A DNA stretch of 64,000 nt from a virus (taxonomy: Duplodnaviria; Caudoviricetes): IMG/VR virus record IMGVR_UViG_3300032319_000936, positions 64,001-128,000 of that record; one strand, given 5' to 3'. How positions within the stretch are numbered: position 1 is the stretch's first letter; every line of letters starts with the position of its first letter. Both the position numbers and the translations under genes were made by a program. The notes beneath the pieces were generated by a model. The model worked only from the letters and a program-made list of their open reading frames with translations, made no database searches and had not been told where the DNA came from. Shown here one piece after another: positions 17,654-26,253 of this stretch.

Positions 17654-19545
17654 AATTTAGCCTGCTTTAAAATACCCTTCTCCTTATTGAAACAGTGTAA
17701 AGAGGTAATGTGCATAGTGTACCACCCCGGTTTCACGTCCTTCCATGTTTCATAATCTTTTTCTTTGAGCCTATCTAAAAGCCAATATAATTTCATACAG
17801 GCTAAATAGATATCGTCTCTGAAGTGTCTGATATAATCACAGGATCTAATATAGTAGACTATATGCATATGGTCGCCTCTTCTAATGAAGTGATAACCTA
17901 TCGTACAATTGTGAACAGTGCAGTTTGATATATTATAGCTATTATCCTCCTCAACCTGCAGATTATAAACATCAATGCCATCAGGATTACTTATTTCATC
18001 TTTTGTATTTACACTAAATAAAACTCTATTGGAATTAAACCATTTATGCCGGTAGATTTCCCTTTGATTTTCAACAATCTCAATATTAAAGAATTCAGAA
18101 GATAATCTTCCACCCTGGGAAAATACCAACTTATATGTTGGATAATTTGGTTTAATTACTCCATTTAACATTTTATTAAAGTATGGCTTCCTCAGTTTAA
18201 TTTTTTGCAATGAATTATAGATACCATTTCTAAAACACATAGTTCTTAATCCCATAATGATGGAAGGTGATACCGAGGTACATTCTATATTTTTCTGATT
18301 AGGCTCGAATGAGCCATCACCCCTAGTAAATCCAATAAGTGTTTGTAACTGAGATTTACTTGGTAATTTTAGAAATTCGATAGGTATAATTTTATTATAT
18401 GAACCGCTACCAAACATATCATATAGGGTTTTTGCAAAATCAACACTATGAAAATATATTCTGATTGATTGTTCATCGTTTATTCTGATTGGTCTTTTAA
18501 TCTTTACCTCCCTATTGAATTCATTTCTAATTATATTAGCGATATCATCGATGTAACCATTTCTTTCATCCTTAGTTGACATGTTAAATCTAACTGTGCA
18601 TGGCTTTTTATTTCCATATCTTTTGTCAAAAATTATATCCCCTTCGGCTAAATAGTAACCAAAGAGCCTCATAAGATCATCGGAATATTTGGATTCTGTA
18701 TTATCATTTATAAAAGAATGAACCACATAATCACCAGGATTTATATCCTCAGCATTTATCCATTCCTCGATCCATTCAAACCTACTATCACTGGGTAAAA
18801 ATCCTTTATTTTTAACTACCAAGAAAGGATGATCCCTAGTTGTCCTTATCTCCTGGTTTGTGTTTGAAGTTTTTATAGATATTATCTGATCGGTATATCT
18901 AGATTGGTATACTTTTTCTATATTACGGAATCTTCCATTATGTGTTATTACCTGATCCCCCACAGATGCATCTTTAATCTTTCTATAGCCAGTTGATGTT
19001 TGTATCTCTATTTCACCGGTAAAGCAGGGCACTCGCTCTCCGTGTGCTGACCCGGTATCCTCAGGAAACCAAATAGGAAGAAATGCTTGTCTTGTAAAAG
19101 GCTCTCTCACCATCAGATCTACTACATCATCGAAATCCCCGTAATCGTATCTTATTCCACCCATTATTTCGTTAGAGCTATCTGATGTAAATTTTGGCCA
19201 AATTCTCTCCGGATACGTGTGGCTAAATTTTTCACTACCGCCAAATTGTTCATTGGACTTCTGGGCAAAGGGCCACCTAACATGGGATGGAGGTGGATTT
19301 AGTGGTTCACCGCTAACTCTTTCTTCGAAGTGCTCTTTTGCCCACGGTAGATTTGGTCTCACCTCTTCTATAAGCACATCTTCAGTTTCGGGAATCACAA
19401 ATCTCAATGAATGTCCAAGCAATTCAAACATATCATCTGGCGAAGGTATACCCTGCCATCTCTCGGTCTTTACGACGTATCCGTGGTTAATAAGACACTC
19501 TTTAGTGTACTTTATTGCTGCTGAAGGGTGTTGAAAGGCTCTCAT
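17650..19545 (-). CDS. thymidylate-synthase-family dNMP methyl/hydroxymethyltransferase (dCMP-type signature), intein-containing
   Basis: Spliced VP|CTIGYHF catalytic Cys, RSCDYIRHFRDD, ITSLH. Confidence 0.85.
   Translation of the reverse strand: MRAFQHPSAAIKYTKECLINHGYVVKTERWQGIPSPDDMFELLGHSLRFVIPETEDVLIEEVRPNLPWAKEHFEERVSGEPLNPPPSHVRWPFAQKSNEQFGGSEKFSHTYPERIWPKFTSDSSNEIMGGIRYDYGDFDDVVDLMVREPFTRQAFLPIWFPEDTGSAHGERVPCFTGEIEIQTSTGYRKIKDASVGDQVITHNGRFRNIEKVYQSRYTDQIISIKTSNTNQEIRTTRDHPFLVVKNKGFLPSDSRFEWIEEWINAEDINPGDYVVHSFINDNTESKYSDDLMRLFGYYLAEGDIIFDKRYGNKKPCTVRFNMSTKDERNGYIDDIANIIRNEFNREVKIKRPIRINDEQSIRIYFHSVDFAKTLYDMFGSGSYNKIIPIEFLKLPSKSQLQTLIGFTRGDGSFEPNQKNIECTSVSPSIIMGLRTMCFRNGIYNSLQKIKLRKPYFNKMLNGVIKPNYPTYKLVFSQGGRLSSEFFNIEIVENQREIYRHKWFNSNRVLFSVNTKDEISNPDGIDVYNLQVEEDNSYNISNCTVHNCTIGYHFIRRGDHMHIVYYIRSCDYIRHFRDDIYLACMKLYWLLDRLKEKDYETWKDVKPGWYTMHITSLHCFNKEKGILKQAKL
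17908..19026 (-). mobile_element. cis intein with LAGLIDADG homing endonuclease (373 aa)
   Basis: Starts CFTGE, TRDH block B, FGYYLAEG and LIGFTRGDG motifs, ends VHN followed by Cys+1. Confidence 0.92.
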
Positions 19546-19582
19546 CTTGAGTATTATACTAAAAAAGAATGAAAAGTTCTTG

Positions 19583-19972
19583 TTAAATTAGATTTTGTAT
19601 CAATAGTTTAGCAGTGCTTGGATTTGTTGCTAGTGGTATCTCGTGCACATCACAGAGCCTCATTAACATCTGGACATCTGGCTCATGAGGATGCATGCCC
19701 AAGGGATCTCTAAAGAATATCACAAGGTCCAATTCTCCCAAGGAAACCATCTGTGCTATCTGGGCATCACCGCCAAGTGGACCGGATAGTAGTTTCTTTA
19801 CTCTTACACCCGCTTCTTCCACGTGTTTACCGGTAGTTCCAGTTGCATATAGCAGAAGATCCTCTCTCCCAAAGAAGTTCAAATGGTGCATAATAAATGA
19901 AACCATCTGAGCTTTCTTACCGTCGTGGGCTATGATTGCTATTTTCTTAAAACTATTTGCTGTCCTCTTCAT
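19583..19972 (-). CDS. mgsA: methylglyoxal synthase
   Basis: IAHDGKK, ATGTTG, SGPLGGDAQI, FFRDPL, HEPDV, PLATN. Confidence 0.95.
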   Translation of the reverse strand: MKRTANSFKKIAIIAHDGKKAQMVSFIMHHLNFFGREDLLLYATGTTGKHVEEAGVRVKKLLSGPLGGDAQIAQMVSLGELDLVIFFRDPLGMHPHEPDVQMLMRLCDVHEIPLATNPSTAKLLIQNLI

Positions 19973-20384
19973 CTGTTTCTAAAAATTTTGTTAGGTCCTG
20001 TAAGAACTTAAATTCATTCCTTCTGACCTCCGCCTCTACAGATTTCATTTCTTTCTCTATCCTCTCTCTGCCTAGCATCATAAGCTGGTCGCCTATCTTA
20101 GAAGCTATTTTAGTGGACAGAAATAATTTATGATTAGCAATCCTAATCTCGTATTCATTAAATATAATAGTATACTTATGATCCGGGGTTTGCATATAGA
20201 TCGAATGAGAGAGCGGGGAATAGAATATTCTGATATCTTTTCTCTTGACCATTATCTTAACGGCCTTAATCATGATTCTGTCTTCATCGGTTGTTTCCAA
20301 CTGATAGCCTATCACCGATCTCTTGATGTTTCTCCAAAATTTTAGCCATTTGAAAAATAATCTTTTCCTACCGATTGAGTTCAT
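19953..20384 (-). CDS. hypothetical protein
   Basis: 143-aa ORF downstream of a promoter motif. Confidence 0.65.
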   Translation of the reverse strand: MNSIGRKRLFFKWLKFWRNIKRSVIGYQLETTDEDRIMIKAVKIMVKRKDIRIFYSPLSHSIYMQTPDHKYTIIFNEYEIRIANHKLFLSTKIASKIGDQLMMLGRERIEKEMKSVEAEVRRNEFKFLQDLTKFLETDEEDSK

Positions 20385-20400
20385 AATTAGTCATTTTATG

Positions 20401-20423
20401 CAAAAATAGGAAAAGATTCCGTA
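20401..20423 (-). promoter_or_regulatory. TACGG-N10-TAnnTTTG promoter (copy 3)
   Basis: TACGG aatcttttcc TATTTTTG. Confidence 0.65.
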
Positions 20424-20467
20424 GTAAAGAAGAACTTTAGAGATAAATAAAGAAAAAAATTAATATT

Positions 20468-21304
20468 ATGTTACTTAAACTAGGTTCTAAAGGTCCTGAG
20501 GTTGTTAAACTTCAGACCGCATTAGGAATTACCGCGGATGGTAATTTCGGTACAGGCACTGAGAAAGTCCTTAAAGAATGGCAAGCTAAAATGGGATTGA
20601 CTGCTGATGGTATAGCTGGCGCTGCTACATTCCAAAAATTAGGGATAGCTCCTGTTGAAAATGTTGTATCTGAATCTGCTCCTGTGGTGGAAGTTCCTGC
20701 AAGTGATTTCAAATTGGCAGCTTTAAAAGGTCATGTTCCTGACGCTGTAATTGCTCAAATCCCAGACACGGCTAAGAAATTTGGAATTACAAACACACTT
20801 AGATTAGCCCACTTCCTTGCACAATGTGGACATGAATCCGGTGGTTTTAAAGCAGTTACTGAAAATCTTAACTATTCAGCAGACGGACTTAAGAAAATCT
20901 TCGGCAAATATTTCCCAGGAAATCTAAACGAATCCTATGCTAGACAACCCGAAAAAATTGCTTCACGCGTTTACGGAGGAAGAATGGGCAATGGTGATGA
21001 GTCAACAGGAGAGGGGTATAAATTCCGCGGAAGATCTTACGTTCAGGTAACTGGAAAAAGCAATTATGCAGCTTTCGATAAATTCGTTGATGACGATATT
21101 CTAGGAAACCCTGACTTGGTTGCAACGAAATACCCACTCATGGCAGCCGCATGGTTTTTCTGGAAAAACGATCTATGGTCAATATGCGATCAGGGAGCTA
21201 CGGATGACATAGTAAAAAAAGTAACGCTAAGGGTGAACGGTGGACAAATTGGAATTTTAGACCGTATTAAGCACTTTAAGGAATATTGGGCTTTGTTAAA
21301 ATAG
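20468..21304 (+). CDS. endolysin: PG-binding domain + GH19 catalytic domain
   Basis: LKLGSKGPEV...ADGIAG; FLAQCGHESGGF, ENLNYS, VNGG. Confidence 0.9.
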   Translation: MLLKLGSKGPEVVKLQTALGITADGNFGTGTEKVLKEWQAKMGLTADGIAGAATFQKLGIAPVENVVSESAPVVEVPASDFKLAALKGHVPDAVIAQIPDTAKKFGITNTLRLAHFLAQCGHESGGFKAVTENLNYSADGLKKIFGKYFPGNLNESYARQPEKIASRVYGGRMGNGDESTGEGYKFRGRSYVQVTGKSNYAAFDKFVDDDILGNPDLVATKYPLMAAAWFFWKNDLWSICDQGATDDIVKKVTLRVNGGQIGILDRIKHFKEYWALLK

Positions 21305-21307
21305 TAT

Positions 21308-22141
21308 TTAATCAATATCTTTAGAAACCCCACGATTATTCGGGGGGTTTTTTATTTTAACTATTCTATTATCTATTTTTTGATTTCTTTTCAAATAATA
21401 AGAAAACATCCACGATGAGCAAGAAAAATCCTCAGATGCTTTTGTTATTGATTCCCATTCATTCAGAACCTTCCCATTCTCATTCAATTCTATAATTTTT
21501 TTGGAATCCCCGTTTTCCCAATTTTTTTTAGAACCGACATTCTCGCCAAGGTATTCATATGACCAGATGAAGTTTAATCCAGCTTTTCTTTTTCCGGATA
21601 ATGCCCAACTTATTGTTTTTGGATTACATTGGTAATAGTTTATTGCCTTTCTTATTGAATCCCAAACTTGAATAAAATTTCCATTTAAAGCATCATATTG
21701 AAAAATCTTTTTTTTATTGAACCCATCATGAGTTTTACCCTTCCATGGATTATTAGTTAACATTCTTTCTCTCGCTCTTTGTGAAATTATCTCCATTGCC
21801 CCATTTTTTCTTTTCGTTTCTAAAATTTTTAATATCGTATCCTTTGACATTTTAAACGTCTTCTCTCCTCCTGTCGTTTTATTGACTAGGGGTCCGGTTC
21901 CAAGATCCTTCCTTCCGTATTTTAAAATCAGCTCGATTTCTTTGTTGCAAACCTCTTCCCTTGATTCGGATTCGAAAACTATTTTGGAATCAAATCCATA
22001 TTTTTTGGCAGTGGCGTGCCAATGTGGGTTTCTTTTCGCGAGGGAGTATGCTCTTTGATATTTGCCATTCTCTATTTTTCCTATCCCCACGTAAAAGATC
22101 TGATCAGTGTCTTTTTTGTAGTGTTCATAAGCGTAATACAT
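21308..22141 (-). CDS. free-standing homing endonuclease (GIY-YIG-like + NUMOD1 repeats)
   Basis: YAYEH...FYVGIG, LVNKTTGG, two NUMOD1-like WxSIxxA repeats; start MYYAY at 22141. Confidence 0.8.
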   Translation of the reverse strand: MYYAYEHYKKDTDQIFYVGIGKIENGKYQRAYSLAKRNPHWHATAKKYGFDSKIVFESESREEVCNKEIELILKYGRKDLGTGPLVNKTTGGEKTFKMSKDTILKILETKRKNGAMEIISQRARERMLTNNPWKGKTHDGFNKKKIFQYDALNGNFIQVWDSIRKAINYYQCNPKTISWALSGKRKAGLNFIWSYEYLGENVGSKKNWENGDSKKIIELNENGKVLNEWESITKASEDFSCSSWMFSYYLKRNQKIDNRIVKIKNPPNNRGVSKDID

Positions 22142-22231
22142 ACTGTATATATCCTCTCCCGCTAAACAGAAAAATACTATTTTTACACACATCTCAGATA
22201 ATTTTTCATTAATTGATCGGATATATAAATC

Positions 22232-23053
22232 ATGAAAAACAGAAAAATTAAACTTTTTGAAGATTTCTCCATAGAACTTTTAGTGAATAAAGTTTATGAA
22301 GAAACGATGCAGGATTTTTTATATGAGTCCAATTTAGTATCCACCGATGCAGAGGAGGATATGCAAAGCGAACTAACCTCGGGTGAAAAAGCAGCTTTTG
22401 CTAGGGATTTCCAAATTCTTACGCCTGAGCAATTGGCTGCGATATATCTGAGAGCTCTAGGTAAGGCAGAAGGAGAAACCGCTAAATACATCGTTATGAT
22501 ACCAAATATAGATCAGTTTGGTATGAACGATAGGGAATCAGGAGCTTTCAAAATCACTCTACCGGCTTTCTCTGATGCTATAGGATTAGATTCTTATACG
22601 ACAGCTATAAGAACAACTAAAAAGTTCGTAAATCTTCTAAACGGTATAACAGAGGATTCAAGCGAAGCCATTTACCCTAAGCTAATAAAAGCTTTTAATA
22701 GATTCCAAGGTAAAAGTCCATCTGAACTAGCTGGTATAGCAGCAAACGCAATACAGGATCCTTCCTTCACTCAGAACAGAGATAAGGCTATGGATGTATT
22801 GGACAGAGCAGCGGATCAAAGGAAATCTAAAAAAGAATCGGAACTTAAAACTGGTATGAAGGTGTTCACTTTAATAAATTCTTTAAGATCTGCATCACCT
22901 ATATTTTCAGATATTAAAAAAGCACAAAAAACTGCAATTTCTAAAATAGCATCTGAGATCAATCAGGATCAAGAAATGATCAAAAACGCATATATGGAAT
23001 ATCTAAAAAGTAAGGGACTTCTTACTGATGTGATGTACTCCAAGGTGGAATAA
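22232..23053 (+). CDS. putative virion/head protein
   Basis: KIKLFEDF tag; GATATATA at 22220. Confidence 0.65.
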   Translation: MKNRKIKLFEDFSIELLVNKVYEETMQDFLYESNLVSTDAEEDMQSELTSGEKAAFARDFQILTPEQLAAIYLRALGKAEGETAKYIVMIPNIDQFGMNDRESGAFKITLPAFSDAIGLDSYTTAIRTTKKFVNLLNGITEDSSEAIYPKLIKAFNRFQGKSPSELAGIAANAIQDPSFTQNRDKAMDVLDRAADQRKSKKESELKTGMKVFTLINSLRSASPIFSDIKKAQKTAISKIASEINQDQEMIKNAYMEYLKSKGLLTDVMYSKVE

Positions 23054-23073
23054 AAAATCAAACCAACTCAGAT

Positions 23074-23101
23074 AAAAAGGATCCTTATGGGATCCTTTTT
23101 T
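23074..23101. terminator. intrinsic terminator
   Basis: AAAAAGGATCC ttatg GGATCCTTTTTT. Confidence 0.75.
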
Positions 23102-23179
23102 ATTGCCATTTAGATCGATATATAAAAAAACTAGGCGGGGGTATAACTCAGCCCTTGATTAAAAAAATTAACCATAAAA

Positions 23180-23575
23180 ATGCGCAATGTAATTACTCTA
23201 GCGTTACTGTTCTTAAGTATAAACGCATCTTCACAGATCATAATAGCAGATGAAGATGAGATTCTAAGATCCAGAGTAGACTCTGCACTCAGCATAATAG
23301 AGACATCTGACCCATCAAGATATTCTTTCCTATTGGAAAACTGCGACAAGATAGATTTCTCAGACTATGCCACACCAATATCCTTATCTAATGGTGTTGT
23401 GATAATACCAGTAAAAATGATCAATGAATCTAGTGTGAATGAAATAGCAGGTATTATTGTAAACCAATCCATGCATTTGTTTTTCATAAACTATGTGATA
23501 GAAATGGATAAGCATCTAGAAGACATAGCATGCTCGGCATACGAGATTGACTTTCTTCTGAAGATAAGGGATTAA
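23180..23575 (+). CDS. secreted hypothetical protein
   Basis: Signal peptide ending ASS-Q. Confidence 0.65.
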   Translation: MRNVITLALLFLSINASSQIIIADEDEILRSRVDSALSIIETSDPSRYSFLLENCDKIDFSDYATPISLSNGVVIIPVKMINESSVNEIAGIIVNQSMHLFFINYVIEMDKHLEDIACSAYEIDFLLKIRD

Positions 23576-23586
23576 CATAAGACCAC

Positions 23587-23609
23587 AAAAAAAGCCCCAA
23601 GGGGCTTTT
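23587..23609. terminator. bidirectional terminator
   Basis: A-tract GCCCC aa GGGGC T-tract between convergent genes. Confidence 0.7.
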
Positions 23610-23629
23610 ATGTAATTTCATCTTTAAAA

Positions 23630-24037
23630 TTAGCTTAATAGCAAATTATCCTTACCACCTTTTTTCTTTCCTTTCTTAGGAGCTGCTTTCATTTTAGGAG
23701 CTGGCTTTTCACCATTTGATTTCTTGTCTTTTCTCTTATAGTAGCTCTTTTTCTTCTTAGGCTTTTCTTCTTTTACTTCAACAGCTTGTGTTACCGTAGT
23801 TCCTGCCAATGTGTAATCGATTGTGGATTCTACGGTAGCTGTAGATTCCCATTTAATCTCATCGTATTTGAAAGTCTCTGGCTCCGATACCGTGTAATCT
23901 ATCCCATTATCTAATACTGTTGGCTCATCTTCCGTACCATGATCGATCTTTTTTTGATCACTGGATACAGCTGAATAAATTTGATAACCCACTATGGCTG
24001 CTATGGCCAAAGCTAAAATTGCAAATAAATAAATCAT
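23630..24037 (-). CDS. membrane-anchored protein with Lys-rich tail
   Basis: N-terminal TM helix, basic C-terminus. Confidence 0.65.
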   Translation of the reverse strand: MIYLFAILALAIAAIVGYQIYSAVSSDQKKIDHGTEDEPTVLDNGIDYTVSEPETFKYDEIKWESTATVESTIDYTLAGTTVTQAVEVKEEKPKKKKSYYKRKDKKSNGEKPAPKMKAAPKKGKKKGGKDNLLLS

Positions 24038-24093
24038 TCTGTTTTTGTTTTAAGTTTAATATTCTATATACCTTCCTAAAAAAAGTTTCAAAT

Positions 24094-24118
24094 AAAAAGG
24101 GAGCAAATTGCTCCCTTT
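24094..24118 (-). terminator. terminator after tmRNA
   Basis: AAAGGGAGC aattt GCTCCCTTTTT on the minus strand. Confidence 0.7.
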
Positions 24119-24120
24119 AG

Positions 24121-24484
24121 TGGAGATGCCGGGGGTCGAACCCGGGTCCGTCTCAACAAGCGCAGAGGACTCATTCACAGGCTTAGTATCGGTTTAACAG
24201 AACTCCGTACAAACTGTTTCACTGTATTTTTTGAGCTGACTTCAGCGTTAGTCAGTGAATTGTCCGGAGGTCCGGAGTCTTCGTGGCTTGCGGTCTACCG
24301 CGTCTTGGTACTTTCTGTTCCTAGGTCGTACCGACCCGTAGCTTAGGCTGCAAGAGCAAATTCAGCTGACCCTACGTAAGAGTTGTCATTTGTCGTTTTG
24401 ATAGGTATTTAAAGTGTTTCCATCTAACACTGCCTGCATCATCTCAAAGAACTTCCGTTGCACGTCAATGCCATTAACATCCCC
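24121..24484 (-). ncRNA. ssrA: tmRNA
   Basis: 5' GGGGATG pairs with 3' CATCTCC-A (G3:U70), T-arm CCGGGTTCGACCCCCGG, tag frame 24393-24343 TNDNSYVGSAEFALAA*. Confidence 0.95.
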
Positions 24485-24498
24485 GTTCATTATATATG

Positions 24499-24525
24499 AA
24501 AAAACCCAGACTTTTACATCTGGGT
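24499..24525 (-). terminator. terminator after the small-RNA pair
   Basis: ACCCAGA tgtaaaag TCTGGGT TTTTT on the minus strand. Confidence 0.65.
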
Positions 24526-24534
24526 CTTGTGGAA

Positions 24535-24595
24535 CGGGATTGTGGTTTTTACATTTGGAAAGTGTATAGTTTTTAATTTGCTGAAACAATCCCTT
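24535..24595 (-). ncRNA. putative structured small RNA copy 2 (Y-RNA-like, DUF2828-associated)
   Basis: GGGATTG-TTTCAGCAAA...AAAAACCA-CAATCCC-GTT terminal stem; covaries with copy 1. Confidence 0.6.
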
Positions 24596-24621
24596 ATTTC
24601 TATGCTTATCTTAAAATAAAA

Positions 24622-24712
24622 CGGAATCGGTGTTTTTGCTTTTGATCTTGCGATCTCTGGCGTGATTAATCAATCGTTGTAATTTATTATTTTTTTGCTG
24701 AAACGATTCCTT
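24622..24712 (-). ncRNA. putative structured small RNA copy 1 (Y-RNA-like, DUF2828-associated)
   Basis: GGAATCG-TTTCAGCAAA...AAAAACAC-CGATTCC-GTT terminal stem; internal GATC-GCAA-GATC GNRA hairpin. Confidence 0.6.
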
Positions 24713-24732
24713 ATTTATTTAGATATTATATC

Positions 24733-26193
24733 CTAGTTGTTATCAAAAGTTTCGGTATTAGGCAAAGAAATTTTTGAATATCTTGGTTTATTTAATGTCT
24801 CATCCATAACCAAAACCGGTGTGATACCTGTTCCATTCAATAGTGAAGTTAAAATAGCTGGTGAGAATCCTGAGATTAAAGCAGTCCCAGTCTCATCGAA
24901 TCTAACCGGTACGTTTCTGTCTCTTGATTGCAGATTCCAGAAAACTATCTCTGGCATAGAGTAACCAGATTTTTCATACTTTTCACGAATCATACTATGA
25001 GCTGTTAAAGAATGATTTGAGATAGCCTCATTAAACTGCATATCCGAAAGTATCATAACCTGATGAGGCATTTCGCTAGCATCAAGATTTGCTGATTTAG
25101 CCTTATCTAGGATAAGATTGAAAACTGACTCTAAATCTGTTGACATACCCCACTCAGCTGACTCCAACTGATTGAATCTCTCTTTCAGATTTCCCTTTAG
25201 ATATTGAAGATGCGGTCTCTCGGAGAATGTGATAAAAGCGTCCTGGAAAGCCCCAACATTTTTCTCGGAGATGTAAAGCCCTAAAGAGATAGCAACATCC
25301 ATACAGGTCAATGTGCTGCCATCAGATACCGAGCATCCCATAGAACCCGACACGTCAACAACCGGAAGAATCATCTTAGTGTTACCTTCTAGGTAATTAG
25401 GAAGAGCTTTCCATTGCTCTACTGCCAATTCTTCTATTCCTCTTCTTAGGGTCTTCACAACATCATAGGGATAAACAGCAGATGCGTTCACTTTGACATT
25501 TTCTTCATAAAGAGCTGGATTTGCCAGAGCTGCAAGATATTCTCTGTATCTGGCCATGTCATTCTTCATGAATGCTCTTGGGTATCTAGCAGCAGCAACA
25601 GAGGGAACCTGTGAGTAGTTTATCTTTGTCCACTCCTTAGCACACATGTGTGTTTCAATCACATTGCTAGTTTCAACTAGAAGTTTTCTATAGTCCTTTG
25701 GTGTCATTCCCCAGTTCTTACGAAGATGGTTGGCAATAGCTCCTTTTCTAGGCATCCATTTAGCAGCAAGTGCATTTCTATCTTCTTTGATAGATTTAAG
25801 AATAAGGCCGGATACCTCCTGAGATAACTTATCATTCTGTAGTCCCAATAGAACCAAGTAATCGTCCCATCTGCCATACTCTGCGATGACATCGAGATTA
25901 GCCATTAAATAGAGTAAGTGATATTTGGCAAGATGTGAAATACAAACACGGAATACTCTTCTCTCTCCTGCTCCACCTCTGACGTCTCTAGCCCAGAAGA
26001 GAATCTTTAGAGCTCTTAGTGGATCTTGTGCAAATGCTGCGGAGAAAGAAGCTATGATATCAGCCTCCTCCGCTTTTCTATATGCACCCGCTTGGAAGAA
26101 GAAATCCACGCATGAATTAAGAGAAGTTGAATTTGTGACCATACCATTTTCGGTTAGTCTGTCTTCAGTTCTTAGTGCAGAAATAAGGCTCAT
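24733..26193 (-). CDS. DUF2828 family TROVE-like + vWA domain protein
   Basis: TENG, RDVRGGAGER, YGRWDD, AKWMPR; vWA VVDVSGSM, LSDMQF, VFWNL. Confidence 0.85.
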   Translation of the reverse strand: MSLISALRTEDRLTENGMVTNSTSLNSCVDFFFQAGAYRKAEEADIIASFSAAFAQDPLRALKILFWARDVRGGAGERRVFRVCISHLAKYHLLYLMANLDVIAEYGRWDDYLVLLGLQNDKLSQEVSGLILKSIKEDRNALAAKWMPRKGAIANHLRKNWGMTPKDYRKLLVETSNVIETHMCAKEWTKINYSQVPSVAAARYPRAFMKNDMARYREYLAALANPALYEENVKVNASAVYPYDVVKTLRRGIEELAVEQWKALPNYLEGNTKMILPVVDVSGSMGCSVSDGSTLTCMDVAISLGLYISEKNVGAFQDAFITFSERPHLQYLKGNLKERFNQLESAEWGMSTDLESVFNLILDKAKSANLDASEMPHQVMILSDMQFNEAISNHSLTAHSMIREKYEKSGYSMPEIVFWNLQSRDRNVPVRFDETGTALISGFSPAILTSLLNGTGITPVLVMDETLNKPRYSKISLPNTETFDNN

Positions 26194-26253
26194 ATAAATT
26201 TGGAATTTTAGTTACCAAGATTATATGAGCCTCGAATTAAAAAAGTTTCCCTA

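Noticed and set aside
24121-24150. Apparent tRNA (T-arm and acceptor end)
   Set aside because: It is the 3' tRNA-like domain of the tmRNA; no stand-alone tRNA was seen in the window.
24386-24589. 67-aa ORF in the ORF track
   Set aside because: Overlaps the tmRNA 5' end, a terminator and small RNA copy 2; TTG start; almost certainly spurious.
24535-24712. Possible mini CRISPR array (two repeats)
   Set aside because: Only two units; their ends pair with each other and covary rather than being identical; no cas genes.
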